From an uncultured Gammaproteobacteria bacterium (GTDB taxonomy: Bacteria; Pseudomonadota; Gammaproteobacteria; UBA6002), in contig CAVPKM010000007.1 in assembly GCA_963705725.1 (NCBI GenBank), forward strand, positions 93,568 through 157,567: DNA of 64,000 bases. Direction: 5' to 3'. How positions within the stretch are numbered: position 1 is the first letter of the stretch; every line of letters begins with the position of its first letter. This document shows positions 17,904-28,738 of the stretch, one piece after another. The translations under genes were made by a program, and so were the position numbers. The notes beneath the pieces are model-generated. The model searched no databases, was not told where the DNA came from, and was given only the letters and a program-made list of their open reading frames with translations.

Positions 17904-20069
17904 TCATAAATCGAATAAATCTGGCCTTTTTTCTTCATCTGAAGAAAAATTCGCCGTTGCTTTTTGCTCATTTCTATTCATAAACTGAGTCAGCGACCTG
18001 CCTAAATTTGCTGCGATGCTTGGTCCAGTTTCAACAAGAGCAGCGTTAAGTCCATGAGCCGCATAGGCGGACTCCACCGCCTGTCGACATTTTCCAAAAT
18101 GTGGGAAGTTCAGCATATCGGGATGTTGCATTAGTGCTTGATAAAAATCTTGTCGGTCTATTAATTGTTCAGATGATGAAGTCGCCTTGAGCTCAGCTAG
18201 TTCTCGACAGAATAACTCACAAAATAAAGTAGAATTTCTTTTCCAAGCCAGGTCTAGCATGTCATTAAGGTTTCTCAATAAAGAAGCGATGGAATAATCA
18301 ATTGCAATATCCTGCTGAATAGAGAGTTGATCTAAGGTGGAGGGGATATGGGGCTGATCCCAGTGCGTTTTTAAAGTGTAAAATACCATTAAGTAAAACC
18401 CGAGCTTCCCTGCTTCAAGTTGTTCTGCAGATAAAGTAAGGGCATGATGAAAAAGTATGCCGATGGCTTCTTTTTTATGCGCCTCACCTAAATGAAGGGC
18501 AATCGTGACTACTAGGTCTGGGTTGTTGATAGAGGCTAAAATGGGTTGATTCAGAATTAATTGATAGAGATAGCTTCCTGGCGCTCCCATCACTTCATTT
18601 AACACCCCTAAATCATATGCTTCGGCTAAAATAGCCGCACGTTCGGATGCATCGTGAATAGTTCGCATTGCTTTTTTGAATTTAAATGCCACCATAAACT
18701 GAACATCCTTAAGCTCCTCTTGATGTTTAAGGACAAGCTCTAATAATTGATCAAATTGCTTAGAATCATCCAGTTGTTCTAATAGCGCGATCACGCGAGA
18801 AGGGTCTTCTTTAATGACTTTTATTACGTAATCTTCTGCTGGAGCGATTCCAGCTAACCAATCGTGAACATAAGTCGCTGCTTGTTCTCGATTATAAATT
18901 ACTCGTTCAGGATCTTCTTCAAGTCCTAAATAATGCAAGGCCCGTTCTTGCTGCTCCTTTATTGAAACGGTCAGTCTCATTTCATTGCATTCTTGCCAGA
19001 TAGTCATATAAGTTTGGTAATTTGTTTGATTAATCGAAGCTTGCATCACTCTTTCACGGGAATTAGCACAGTATTTAATACGCTTATATAAGGCCTGGTT
19101 CTCAGGGTCAAAATCAACGCTTCGAAAAGAGGGGTCTTCTTTATTCATTAAAATATCTTTAAGACCTTCACGCACGAATGATTCTGCTGCATAGATATCA
19201 TGATAGAGAAAATCTATTACATAATAGGTAATGCAGTCTGGGTGTGGCGTATAAGTCATGCCCCCTTCCTCTTTCGAAAGTAAGTAGTACATCGATAGTT
19301 GTGATTGCGGCTCACTATAGTCTTCCTTATTCTGCTTCTTTTCCATAAGAACTAAACGAAGATTTTCTATTGTTTGAGCGCTATTTTCATTTGGGTTGGT
19401 GACCTTGGGGGATCTATTCCTGTTATAAAAGAAATTGGCAGGTTTATCTGAAATGGGTTTAACAAATGTAGGATCTTTCGACTGCAAGTAATCACAAATA
19501 TCCTTTAACGTACCCCTCTCTAGACTAGGCGCCCTTATGCTATAGGGTTCATGTTTCCAAAAGCGGTCACCGAGTGGAGTGTTCCCATCCAAACAGTCCT
19601 TTAAAAATTTAATTGTTGTATCAAGACCTGAATAATATTCTAGTTTTTTAATCCAATTAAAAAGAGTTTCTTTAGGTATTTCGTCTAATTCTCCATGTTG
19701 TATATTCGGCAATGAAAGCCCTAAAATATAAAGGCTTCTCATCGTGTCTTTATTATTTTGATTAATGGCATCCAAAATGGCTTCTTTGTGCTTTCCAAGA
19801 CAACAGTATGATTGACTACGGGAATTATAATCTATTTCGCAACCAAGCCTTTCCGCTTCGAGGTAATCCTGAACAGCGTTAGCATGTTTCCCTATATAGG
19901 CGTATGCATGGGCACGATTATTAAACGCCATTTTACAATTTTGATCTAAGTTTATTGCCTCACTAAATGCAGTGATCGCCAGTGAATATTTTTTAAGCAT
20001 GAAATAGCTTCTACCCATTATAAGTTGCTTATAGACTGTATTGTGCTGTTCTGCTCTACTTGTAGACAT
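17904..20069 (-). CDS. TPR-containing hypothetical protein, candidate type IVB effector
   Basis: N-terminal TPRs (AITAFSEAINLDQNCKMAFNNRAHAY); helical remainder; acidic C-terminus SSDEEKRPDLFDL. Confidence 0.7.
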   Translation of the reverse strand: MSTSRAEQHNTVYKQLIMGRSYFMLKKYSLAITAFSEAINLDQNCKMAFNNRAHAYAYIGKHANAVQDYLEAERLGCEIDYNSRSQSYCCLGKHKEAILDAINQNNKDTMRSLYILGLSLPNIQHGELDEIPKETLFNWIKKLEYYSGLDTTIKFLKDCLDGNTPLGDRFWKHEPYSIRAPSLERGTLKDICDYLQSKDPTFVKPISDKPANFFYNRNRSPKVTNPNENSAQTIENLRLVLMEKKQNKEDYSEPQSQLSMYYLLSKEEGGMTYTPHPDCITYYVIDFLYHDIYAAESFVREGLKDILMNKEDPSFRSVDFDPENQALYKRIKYCANSRERVMQASINQTNYQTYMTIWQECNEMRLTVSIKEQQERALHYLGLEEDPERVIYNREQAATYVHDWLAGIAPAEDYVIKVIKEDPSRVIALLEQLDDSKQFDQLLELVLKHQEELKDVQFMVAFKFKKAMRTIHDASERAAILAEAYDLGVLNEVMGAPGSYLYQLILNQPILASINNPDLVVTIALHLGEAHKKEAIGILFHHALTLSAEQLEAGKLGFYLMVFYTLKTHWDQPHIPSTLDQLSIQQDIAIDYSIASLLRNLNDMLDLAWKRNSTLFCELFCRELAELKATSSSEQLIDRQDFYQALMQHPDMLNFPHFGKCRQAVESAYAAHGLNAALVETGPSIAANLGRSLTQFMNRNEQKATANFSSDEEKRPDLFDL

Positions 20070-20108
20070 TTATTTCTCCAAAAATAACTTAATGAAAACC
20101 TAATGAAA

Positions 20109-20141
20109 ATATTATATTAAATTAATTAAAATTGTATTAAG
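20109..20141 (-). promoter_or_regulatory. PmrA-like tandem box and -10 upstream of TPR gene
   Basis: Minus strand CTTAATACA-AT-TTTAATTAA-N7-TAATAT; the AT-rich context weakens it. Confidence 0.45.
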
Positions 20142-20441
20142 AAGAAAACATTACTCGAAAAATGAATTGAATCAGATTAAAGGTAACCCTAGCCTCCCGA
20201 AAAAGAGGCTAAAAAGCATTCGTTGAATCATATTGTAGGAACCCTACGATAGGAGCTAACGGGATGGAAAAGTCAAGTAAGAAATGCTTTTTACACCAGT
20301 TCCCGCTGTAATAAACTAAGCTTTACATTAAATTACCCTGGAATTTTAAGCGAAAAGCGGGCTATGGGCAGGATTTATACCCAGAGTATATTTAAAAAAT
20401 AAAGCAGGATTTTGAAAAGTCATCGTAAGTGCTTGATCCTA

Positions 20442-20517
<76 letters not shown>

Positions 20518-20563
20518 AGGGAATGTAATTAAAGCGATTGTTCAGCCTGGAGTCAAGAGAATT

Positions 20564-20833
20564 TTATTCTTTAGGAGTGAAGCCTGGTGGTAGCTCGCTA
20601 CCCCCACTAAAAAGAAATTTTTTCATTTCTTTAACTAGGAATTCTCTGGCATCGGGATCTAACATATTTAATCGATATTCATTAATTAACATAGTTTGAT
20701 GGCTAAGCCACATTTGCCATGCGTGTTTTGAAATATGATCAAAAATTTCTTGACCCAACGCACCAGGAAAGGGGGGGTATTCTAAACCTAACTCTTCAGC
20801 GCCTAGCTTCTTGCAAAAAACTGTTCGACTCAT
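20564..20833 (-). CDS. yggX: Fe(II)-trafficking / oxidative damage protection protein
   Basis: [10 protein letters not shown]...EGL-like..[25 protein letters not shown]. Confidence 0.95.
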   Translation of the reverse strand: MSRTVFCKKLGAEELGLEYPPFPGALGQEIFDHISKHAWQMWLSHQTMLINEYRLNMLDPDAREFLVKEMKKFLFSGGSELPPGFTPKE

Positions 20834-20932
20834 ATTACCTCTAATTAATAATGGTTACAGGGCATTATAAATAATTTTCAAAAAAAATCATTTAATAAAA
20901 TGCGCTCTAGCGCGGTTATTTAATTGACATTT

Positions 20933-21967
20933 CTATCCAGTGCAGAATTGCAGAATTTTCTTTACTGGAGTGGTTAATCCAATGGCTGGAAGCGCTAGAG
21001 GATTCAACCAACGCCCATTATTTTCATTTAACGATAAAGTTAAGTTTCTTACCATTAAAATAACCGGTGTAATTTCTAAATGAAAGTGAGTAAAAGTATG
21101 GCGAAATTTAGGTTGTAGAGATTTACTTAAAATATGCAAATGATTATCTTTGCAATATTGTTCAATTTTTATTTCTTCGCATTCAGGAAAGCTCCAGAGG
21201 CCACCCCATAGCCCGATATTGGGTCGTTTTTCGAAATAAAATTGTTTTATTTCGTTTTCCAAAATTAACAGACATGTCGTTCTTAAAGGTAGCGCTGCTC
21301 TGACTTTTTTTGTTGGAAACTCTTTCGTCATATTATTTAAATAAGCTTTACAAGAACCTTGTAAAGGACAAATGTGGCAGGAGGGAGTGGTGCGAGTGCA
21401 AAGCGTGGCGCCTAAATCCATTATTGCTTGGGTATAGATATGACAATTAGTCTCAGGCGTGTGTTCTTCAGCAAGTTGCCAGAGAAGATTTTCAACTTTT
21501 TTATTTCCTGGATAACCCACAATTGCATGATGTCGGGTGAGTACTCTTTTTACATTACCATCTAGAATTGTTGCTTTTTTTTTGAATGCGATTGAGAGAA
21601 TTGCACCTGCTGTTGATCGACCAATTCCGGGCAACTGCATTAATAACGTAAGAGACATAGGAAATTGTTGTTGATACTGATTACAAATGATTTGAGCAGT
21701 TTGATAGAGATGTCGGGCCCTTGCATAATAGCCAAGACCACTCCAGTAATGCAAGACCTGATCAATACTGGCTTTCGCTAGTGCAAAAACAGTAGGGAAA
21801 ACAGACATAAATCTTTCAAAGTAAGGAATAACAGTGGCAACTTGTGTTTGTTGCAGCATGATTTCAGAGACCCATACTTTATATGGCGAAATATCTTGTT
21901 GCCAAGGTAAATTTTTTCGGCCAAAAAGAGAGTGCCAGTTTAAAATTTTTTTTGCGAAATCTGACAT
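20933..21967 (-). CDS. mutY: A/G-specific adenine glycosylase
   Basis: VWVSEIMLQQTQV, WSGLGYYARAR, LPGIGRSTAGAI, DGNVKRV, Cys cluster. Confidence 0.97.
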   Translation of the reverse strand: MSDFAKKILNWHSLFGRKNLPWQQDISPYKVWVSEIMLQQTQVATVIPYFERFMSVFPTVFALAKASIDQVLHYWSGLGYYARARHLYQTAQIICNQYQQQFPMSLTLLMQLPGIGRSTAGAILSIAFKKKATILDGNVKRVLTRHHAIVGYPGNKKVENLLWQLAEEHTPETNCHIYTQAIMDLGATLCTRTTPSCHICPLQGSCKAYLNNMTKEFPTKKVRAALPLRTTCLLILENEIKQFYFEKRPNIGLWGGLWSFPECEEIKIEQYCKDNHLHILSKSLQPKFRHTFTHFHLEITPVILMVRNLTLSLNENNGRWLNPLALPAIGLTTPVKKILQFCTG

Positions 21968-21975
21968 AATTAAAA

Positions 21976-24063
21976 TCAACGATCACCGATTAGCTTGCTT
22001 AAGATTTTAGCAGCGGGATATTTTTGAAATTTATGTTTCATTTTATCTTGTAATCCATTTTTTAGTTTTTGTAGATGGTCAGTAAGCGGTTTTTCAATTT
22101 TTTTGACTAATAGCATTTTTGTAAGTACGGAAAAATCAAGATTGACATTGGGTTTAATGAATGTGCCGGTGATTTTGATAGGTACGTTATAGGTAGTGAT
22201 TTCTTTTCCAATTTCTCGGTATTCATCCGATAATTTAGGTTGTGCTAGTGCATTAAGATGGTAGCGTATTTCATTTGAGCTAAGATTTGTACTGCCTTTT
22301 CCTGAAACTTTTAAATATTCAGAAGTTAATAAAATGTCATCTGTAGATAAGATTCCATTAGTAATGAGAGCATTTGCCGAGAGTGCAGAAAAAGCAGTTT
22401 TTTTACTATTCGTCATGGAGGGAGGATGTAAATGTTTAATAAAAGAATGTGCCTTACTCAATTGGTAAATAATATCAATTCCTCTTAGTGAGCCATCATT
22501 TAATATAAATGCAACTTTGCCATTTAGTGTAGATAGAAAAGTTCTTTTTCTATCTATTGTTGACGTGAGGTCTAATGTTAGTTCTGCATTGCCAGTTAAT
22601 TTATCTGCATTAGAAAATTGATGTAATAATTCCTGGATTTTCAAATTGGTAATCTTTTGTTTGATGAAAACAGTAGTTAAATTAGGCTGGCGTTTATCAA
22701 TGATTAAGCTGCCATTAATCCTTCCTTGACAGCAAGAGGCTTGAAGCGGTGAAATGTTAATAATATGATTTGCAGCTGCAATCTGCGCATTAAGATTAGT
22801 TAACAATAATTTGTTTACAATAAGTTTTGCAAGTTGGAACCTGCCTTTAATGGCATAGGTAGCAGGTGGGAGTTTTTTTTCTTTTGATTGATTTTTCGCT
22901 ATTATTGAAGACGTTTTAGATTTGGTTGATTCAGTGCAATAATTTTTTAAATCAATGGCATTCGCACTTAAATCAAATAATACGCTTTTATTTTTTTTAG
23001 AAACTATAATGGAACCATAAATATCTGTTTGGTCAATAATGGCATGTAATTGTTGAAATTGAATTATATTCTTCGTCAGACGTAACTTGCTAATTAACGA
23101 TGCTGAACTGAGCGCCGTAGGGTTTTCAAAATTTAAATTTTGACCTAGGGCTAGCAGAAATTTATTACCATTAAAGTTGTTAGTGCTAATCAAGCCTGTT
23201 AACTGGTCAGGATTATTTTTATCAGTCTCAAGTTCAAGCCTTCCACTCATATCATTTAGATTGAAATTGAATTTTGCATTTGTAGTTTTTTGAGAAATGT
23301 CAGTTGCTAAATCCCCGACTAATTGTAGATGAATATTTTTATCTTGAGATTGGCTATTAATTACAAAATTTTTCAAAAAAACTTGTTCTGTATGATGGGG
23401 TATTAAAATATTTGCATGGAGTTGAACCGCAACATCCTGCCCCTTTTTCTCTGCAAATTTGAGTTCTAATGCAAATGGGAAAAATTTTCCAAATTGAATG
23501 TGATGACTGATCACATTAATCGATGTAAACCTTGTTTGTGTATGGTCGAGTTGATCTAGCCAATTAATTTTACCGTCTTTGATTCTTAAACTTTCAATGA
23601 TCATTGTTGCTAATTTATTTGAAGAAAGATTATTTTTTTCTGTTATTATTTTTTTATCCGTTTTAGCAAAACTCTGCCAATTGACAGTGCCATCCTTATT
23701 TCGTGTGAGATTAATGATCGCGTTATTAAGGGTGATATTTCCAATTTCAATTTTTTTAGTTAGGAGAGGGATAAGCTTTATTTTCATATCCATTTCTTTA
23801 GCTGAAATGAATACTTTAGGCGAGAATTGATGTGCATTATAATAAAGCAGGTTTTTTACTTTAAGTCCAACCCAGGGAAAAACTGACCATTTTATGTCAC
23901 CATTAATTACTAGAACTTGACCAGTTTTGGCAAATACATATTGACTAATCCGTCCTTTATATTTATTCGGGTCGATATAATGACTTAAATAAAAGGCAGA
24001 GCCAATAAGTAAAAAAACGATGAACAATAAAATAAGTGCAATCGAACTAATAATTTTTTTCAT
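21976..24063 (-). CDS. asmA: AsmA family protein
   Basis: N-terminal TM, DPNKYK..I...V...TG..L.I.GDI.WS.FPW.G; conserved position upstream of mutY. Confidence 0.85.
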   Translation of the reverse strand: MKKIISSIALILLFIVFLLIGSAFYLSHYIDPNKYKGRISQYVFAKTGQVLVINGDIKWSVFPWVGLKVKNLLYYNAHQFSPKVFISAKEMDMKIKLIPLLTKKIEIGNITLNNAIINLTRNKDGTVNWQSFAKTDKKIITEKNNLSSNKLATMIIESLRIKDGKINWLDQLDHTQTRFTSINVISHHIQFGKFFPFALELKFAEKKGQDVAVQLHANILIPHHTEQVFLKNFVINSQSQDKNIHLQLVGDLATDISQKTTNAKFNFNLNDMSGRLELETDKNNPDQLTGLISTNNFNGNKFLLALGQNLNFENPTALSSASLISKLRLTKNIIQFQQLHAIIDQTDIYGSIIVSKKNKSVLFDLSANAIDLKNYCTESTKSKTSSIIAKNQSKEKKLPPATYAIKGRFQLAKLIVNKLLLTNLNAQIAAANHIINISPLQASCCQGRINGSLIIDKRQPNLTTVFIKQKITNLKIQELLHQFSNADKLTGNAELTLDLTSTIDRKRTFLSTLNGKVAFILNDGSLRGIDIIYQLSKAHSFIKHLHPPSMTNSKKTAFSALSANALITNGILSTDDILLTSEYLKVSGKGSTNLSSNEIRYHLNALAQPKLSDEYREIGKEITTYNVPIKITGTFIKPNVNLDFSVLTKMLLVKKIEKPLTDHLQKLKNGLQDKMKHKFQKYPAAKILSKLIGDR

Positions 24064-24131
24064 AATCACATTATGCTACCTAATATTGTCGTTTGAATCT
24101 AGAAAATTTGTCATTCATCATAGGATAAGAA

Positions 24132-24788
24132 ATGAAGCGAGAATTAAGAAGTTTTATCATTCGTTCACGAATGACTAATCGTCAAAAACAAGCCATGCAT
24201 GATTATTGGTCTTATTTTGGTATTGAAATAGCCGCCGAGCTGCTTGATTTGCAAACGATTTTTCAGAATACGGCGCCGATTATTTTAGAAATTGGCTTTG
24301 GTATGGGCGGGACGTTATTGCAGCTAGCACAAGCTTATCCGCAGTATAATTTCCTAGGTGTGGAAGTTCATCCTGCTGGTGTAGGAGCGCTATTAGCGGA
24401 ATTAGCTGAAAAGCAAATTTTTAATGTGCGAATACTTTTTACGGACGCTGTGCCTATTTTGCAAAATCATATCCCAGATAACAGCTTTAGCCAGATATTA
24501 TTATTCTTTCCTGACCCTTGGCCAAAGCGAAGACACCATAAGCGAAGAATTGTTCATCCAAGTTTTGTTAATTTGATTTATCAAAAACTTTGCAAAGCTG
24601 GTTATTTTCATTTGGCAACGGATATTACAAATTATGCTGACCATATGGTTAAAGTTCTATCAATGCATCCTGGTTTTGCTATGATTAATGGATGTTCAAG
24701 TTACTTACCGCGACCCAAGACCAAGTTTGAAAAACGTGGAGAACGCTTAGGGCATAGTATTATTGATCTAGTTTACCAAAAACAGTGA
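24132..24788 (+). CDS. trmB: tRNA (guanine-N7)-methyltransferase
   Basis: LEIGFGMG, GVEVH, FFPDPWPKRRHHKRR, TKFEKRG. Confidence 0.97.
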   Translation: MKRELRSFIIRSRMTNRQKQAMHDYWSYFGIEIAAELLDLQTIFQNTAPIILEIGFGMGGTLLQLAQAYPQYNFLGVEVHPAGVGALLAELAEKQIFNVRILFTDAVPILQNHIPDNSFSQILLFFPDPWPKRRHHKRRIVHPSFVNLIYQKLCKAGYFHLATDITNYADHMVKVLSMHPGFAMINGCSSYLPRPKTKFEKRGERLGHSIIDLVYQKQ

Positions 24789-24824
24789 ATTGATATCTTT
24801 TAGTTAGGTTGGAAGGAAAGGATA

Positions 24825-25376
24825 ATGAAAAAAGGATGTATATTCTTACTCGGACTGTTGATTGCTTCTACTAGCGAGGCAGCAATTGTTCAAGGCATCA
24901 TTTATGGAACGGTGCCTGGAAACCCTTATATCAATGGGACAGCTTCACAAGGCTATGATCTCATTGCGAGGAGGTCTTGTAAGGATATGAGTTGTGTGCA
25001 GCAAAATATTAAAGTCATTGACAGCCAGATTGCGGACCTCTTGGCAAGACGATTAGCCTTTGTGAAAAGAGCAGCGCAACTAAAAGGCACTGCAGTTTTT
25101 TCGGGCAATACCCAGCAAAATCCAAATGTGATTACCCAAGTAACGAGACAAGCGCAAGCGCAAGGTTATCCTCCTGAAATCGCACAAGCGGTGTTCCAGG
25201 AAATTGATAAGCAATCACATGCCTATGAAAATAAATTTGCGGGTCAAATTCCTCAGCCTTCACCTAATTCCTTAGGTGTGCCAACTCCTAATATCAATAA
25301 TCCTGTGATTACCCCGACAATTATACCCGGTCAAGGTATTACTCCAACTGTTACACCAGGAGCGGGCCCCCCTTAA
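24825..25376 (+). CDS. Secreted chorismate mutase (AroQ/PchB-like) domain protein with Pro-rich tail
   Basis: Signal peptide; NIKVIDSQIADLLARRLAFVKRAAQLK; P/T-rich C-terminus. Confidence 0.7.
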   Translation: MKKGCIFLLGLLIASTSEAAIVQGIIYGTVPGNPYINGTASQGYDLIARRSCKDMSCVQQNIKVIDSQIADLLARRLAFVKRAAQLKGTAVFSGNTQQNPNVITQVTRQAQAQGYPPEIAQAVFQEIDKQSHAYENKFAGQIPQPSPNSLGVPTPNINNPVITPTIIPGQGITPTVTPGAGPP

Positions 25377-25399
25377 GAATTGACTAAAAACAATGAAGT

Positions 25400-26530
25400 T
25401 TAATAGAAAATTTGAAGCAAATCATTTAAAAAGCGTTTTCCCAGTTCGGTTGTGATCAATGCGTTATCAGTACTAATGAGCAAACCTTTTTGAGTAGCGA
25501 TATTAATTTGATGTTCGATAGCGGATAAGGGTAAACCTGTTCTTTCTTGAAATAAAAGCTTTGGGATGGGCTCATAAAGTCGCAAGGCATTTAATAAAAA
25601 TTCTAAGGGTTTTTCCTGATCAGTCACAATTTTTTCTTCATCTGTAAATTGTTTTCCGTGGAGGTAATGTTTGGGATGACGGATTTTTCTTTTACGAAGG
25701 ATTTGATGCGTGTCAAATAAAGTAATTTTACTATGGGCACCTGCTCCAATGCCGAGGTAATCTCCGTACTCCCAATAATTGCGATTATGCAAGCATTGAT
25801 AATGAGGTTCGCTGTAGGCTGAGATTTCGTATTGAGATAAGCCGTGAGCGTGAAGCAAGGCTTGTCCTTGCTCTTGCATTTTCCAAATTAAATCATCCGG
25901 AGGTAAGCTTGGCGGAAATTGTGCAAAGTAAGTATTTGACTCGATGGTGAGTTGATACCAAGATAAATGTTTGGGTTGAAAAGATAGGGCAATTTCTAGG
26001 TCAAGTAGAGCCTCATCCGGGGTTTGTTCAGGTAGTCCAAACATCAAATCTAAATTGAAATTCTCAAATCCTGCTTCTTTAGCAATTAAAATCGCTTCCC
26101 TTGCTTCTTTCCCATCATGCACCCTGCCAAGGGAGTGCAGCTTGTCTTCCAGAAAGCTTTGTATTCCAAGTGAAAGGCGATTTATTCCAATTTGTCGATA
26201 AGCTTTAAATTTTTTTTGTTCCACCGTACTTGGGTTGGCTTCTAAAGTGATTTCAAGATTGGGAGTGAGTGGCAATCGAGCATTGATTTCTTGAAGTAAA
26301 TGATCAATGGCTTCTACAGAAAATAGGCTAGGAGTCCCGCCGCCCATAAAAATTGTGGTAATTTTACGCCCCCAAATAGTTGGCAGCGCTTGTTCTAGGT
26401 CTTGGATGAGGGTATGAATATATTCTTCTTCAGGTAGCGACTGGTTTATTGGATGTGAATTGAAGTCACAATAGGGGCATTTTTTAATACACCAAGGAAA
26501 ATGGATATAAAGGCTTAAGGGAATAGTCAT
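25400..26530 (-). CDS. hemW: Radical SAM heme chaperone
   Basis: LYIHFPWCIKKCPYCDFNS, GGGTPS, EITLEANP, YEISAY, HNRNYW. Confidence 0.95.
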   Translation of the reverse strand: MTIPLSLYIHFPWCIKKCPYCDFNSHPINQSLPEEEYIHTLIQDLEQALPTIWGRKITTIFMGGGTPSLFSVEAIDHLLQEINARLPLTPNLEITLEANPSTVEQKKFKAYRQIGINRLSLGIQSFLEDKLHSLGRVHDGKEAREAILIAKEAGFENFNLDLMFGLPEQTPDEALLDLEIALSFQPKHLSWYQLTIESNTYFAQFPPSLPPDDLIWKMQEQGQALLHAHGLSQYEISAYSEPHYQCLHNRNYWEYGDYLGIGAGAHSKITLFDTHQILRKRKIRHPKHYLHGKQFTDEEKIVTDQEKPLEFLLNALRLYEPIPKLLFQERTGLPLSAIEHQINIATQKGLLISTDNALITTELGKRFLNDLLQIFY

Positions 26531-26608
26531 GCTCACAATCTTATCCTGCTTTAAATTCAATGGCAAATCACGTATAACGTTCATTAGAATTCTATGAGGG
26601 CAATTTAG

Positions 26609-27151
26609 ATGCGCAAAAAACCGATTATCCTTGAAACTAGGGTGATTGCTAATACACAAATTTTTCAAGTTGAAGAGGTTCGTTTGCGTTTTTCAAATGG
26701 GGTAGAAAGGCGGTACGAACGTTTAAAGGGTCAAAGGCATGAATCTGTTTTAATCGTGCCTGTTCTTGATAAAGATACCATTTTATTAGTAAAGGAATAC
26801 GGGGTAGGAGTAGAGGAATATTATCTTGGGCTGCCTAAAGGATCGGTTGACCAGGGTGAAGATGTCTTAACTGCGGCTAATCGAGAATTAATGGAAGAAA
26901 CTGGTTATGGTGCAAACAAACTACAATTAATGAAATCTCTTTCATCGGCGCCTTCGTATACTGTACGTAAAATGTCTGTAGTGATAGCAACAGATCTTTA
27001 TCAAAAAAGTTTGATTGGCGATGAGCCTGAAGAAATTGAAGTTATTCCATGGAAATTAAGTGCACTCCATCAACTAATTGAACGTGAGGATTTTCATGAG
27101 GCAAGAAGTATTGCTGCTTTATATATGGTTCGCGACATGTTAAACAAATAA
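26609..27151 (+). CDS. nudE: ADP compounds hydrolase (Nudix)
   Basis: LRFSNGVERRYERL, LPKG..D.GE....AANREL.EE.GYGA, EARSIAAL. Confidence 0.92.
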   Translation: MRKKPIILETRVIANTQIFQVEEVRLRFSNGVERRYERLKGQRHESVLIVPVLDKDTILLVKEYGVGVEEYYLGLPKGSVDQGEDVLTAANRELMEETGYGANKLQLMKSLSSAPSYTVRKMSVVIATDLYQKSLIGDEPEEIEVIPWKLSALHQLIEREDFHEARSIAALYMVRDMLNK

Positions 27152-27206
27152 TAACTATTCGGCACAGGACTGAACGTCCATAAATAACTATTATTAGGAG
27201 AAATCA

Positions 27207-28202
27207 ATGACCATAAAAAAACATGTAAAAATTGCCATAACAGGAGCGGCAGGCCACATTGGTTATGCGCTTGTTTTTCGCATTGCAAGTGGAGTGATGT
27301 TTGGACCTGATACGCGAGTTGATCTGCATTTGCTTGAGTTAGAGTCAGCACTGCCGGCATTGGATGGGGTAAGAAAGGAGCTTGAAGATTGTGCTTTTCC
27401 CTTGTTAGGAAATATTGTTTGTACAGCAGACTTAAGCGTTGGGATGAAGGATGCTAATTGGGTTATTTTAGTCGGTGCAGTTCCGCGAAAAGAGGGGATG
27501 GAGCGGTCTGATTTGCTAAAAATTAATGGAGGAATATTCACCAATCAAGGTCGAGCAATTAATGATTACGCATCAGATGATGTGCGTGTATTAGTTGTTG
27601 GAAATCCTTGTAACACTAACTGTTTAATTGCCATGAATCATGCACCTGACATGCCAAATGATCGCTTTTTCGCTATGACGATGTTGGATGAGAATCGAGC
27701 GAAAGCGCAGCTCGCACTAAAAGCAGGAGTGCAAGTGACGACAGTCAAAAATATGAATATTTGGGGCAATCATTCCTCCACCCAATATCCAGACTTTTAT
27801 AATGCAATAATTAATGATAAGCCAGCTATAGAAGTTATCCCTGATGAATCTTGGCTACAAACTAAATTTGTTGAAATTATTCAAAAACGTGGCGCAGAAA
27901 TTATTAAAGCACGTGGTTTATCTTCTGCCGCTTCTGCAGCGAATGCCATCATTGCAAGTGTAAATAATATCATTTTTGATACAGTTGGCATGGAAACTTA
28001 TTCTTTATGCGTTTGTTCAAATGGCCAATATGGTGTGGATAAAGGTTTAATCTTCTCCTTTCCTTGTCGTACAGAAAATGGCGAAATCGTCGTAGTGCAA
28101 AATTTAGAGCATAATGAATTTGGAAAAAAGAAATTAGCGATAACCCTTGATGAGTTACGTCAAGAAAGAGATACAGTGAAGGAAATGGGCTTGATTGAGT
28201 AA
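27207..28202 (+). CDS. mdh: Malate dehydrogenase
   Basis: [36 protein letters not shown]. Confidence 0.97.
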   Translation: MTIKKHVKIAITGAAGHIGYALVFRIASGVMFGPDTRVDLHLLELESALPALDGVRKELEDCAFPLLGNIVCTADLSVGMKDANWVILVGAVPRKEGMERSDLLKINGGIFTNQGRAINDYASDDVRVLVVGNPCNTNCLIAMNHAPDMPNDRFFAMTMLDENRAKAQLALKAGVQVTTVKNMNIWGNHSSTQYPDFYNAIINDKPAIEVIPDESWLQTKFVEIIQKRGAEIIKARGLSSAASAANAIIASVNNIIFDTVGMETYSLCVCSNGQYGVDKGLIFSFPCRTENGEIVVVQNLEHNEFGKKKLAITLDELRQERDTVKEMGLIE

Positions 28203-28701
28203 AAAAATGGGAGTAGTACTTGCTTTACAAGATCTTGCCGCGCCAGAGGGGGTGTGTTTTGGTTGCGGCCCGAAAAGTGTGCATGGCTTGAGAATCAAAA
28301 GTTATTGGCATGCGGACAATACGCATGTTGTGACAACCTATGCACCAGATTCGCGTTATGTCGGCCATCCGTCTTTAGTTTATGGAGGGCTGATTAGCTG
28401 TCTGGTCGATTGTCATTCAAATTGGACGGTAATAGCAAATCACTATCGCTGCGAAGGCCGTGAAGATGGAACATTTCCACGCATTGATTGTGTAACTGGT
28501 ACATTGAGCGTGAAATATATCAAGCCAACGCCAATGGGTGTACCACTCATGCTTAAGGCACGCGTTGAAGGTGAGATAAAGCGCGCGACCCGTGTGCTGT
28601 GCGAAGTATATGCGGGAAATACTTTGACAGCGCTCGGTGACTCGGTATTTGTAAAAGTAGATATAGGACATTTAGCAAAAACAGCACGTAACTCTGGCTA
28701 A
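28195..28701 (+). CDS. PaaI-like hotdog-fold thioesterase
   Basis: CFGCG...[25 protein letters not shown]. Confidence 0.8.
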   Translation: MSKKMGVVLALQDLAAPEGVCFGCGPKSVHGLRIKSYWHADNTHVVTTYAPDSRYVGHPSLVYGGLISCLVDCHSNWTVIANHYRCEGREDGTFPRIDCVTGTLSVKYIKPTPMGVPLMLKARVEGEIKRATRVLCEVYAGNTLTALGDSVFVKVDIGHLAKTARNSG

Positions 28702-28738
28702 AATTTGAACGTTTAGCGAATTCTGGCATTTGTGCTGA

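Noticed and set aside
20190-20275. Small hairpins and GGA cluster as a second Csr-type sRNA
   Set aside because: The GGA motifs are not consistently in loops and there is no terminator; support is too weak.
26531-26668. N-terminal extension of hemW
   Set aside because: Overlaps the divergent nudE start; homology begins at MTIPLSLYIHFPWC.
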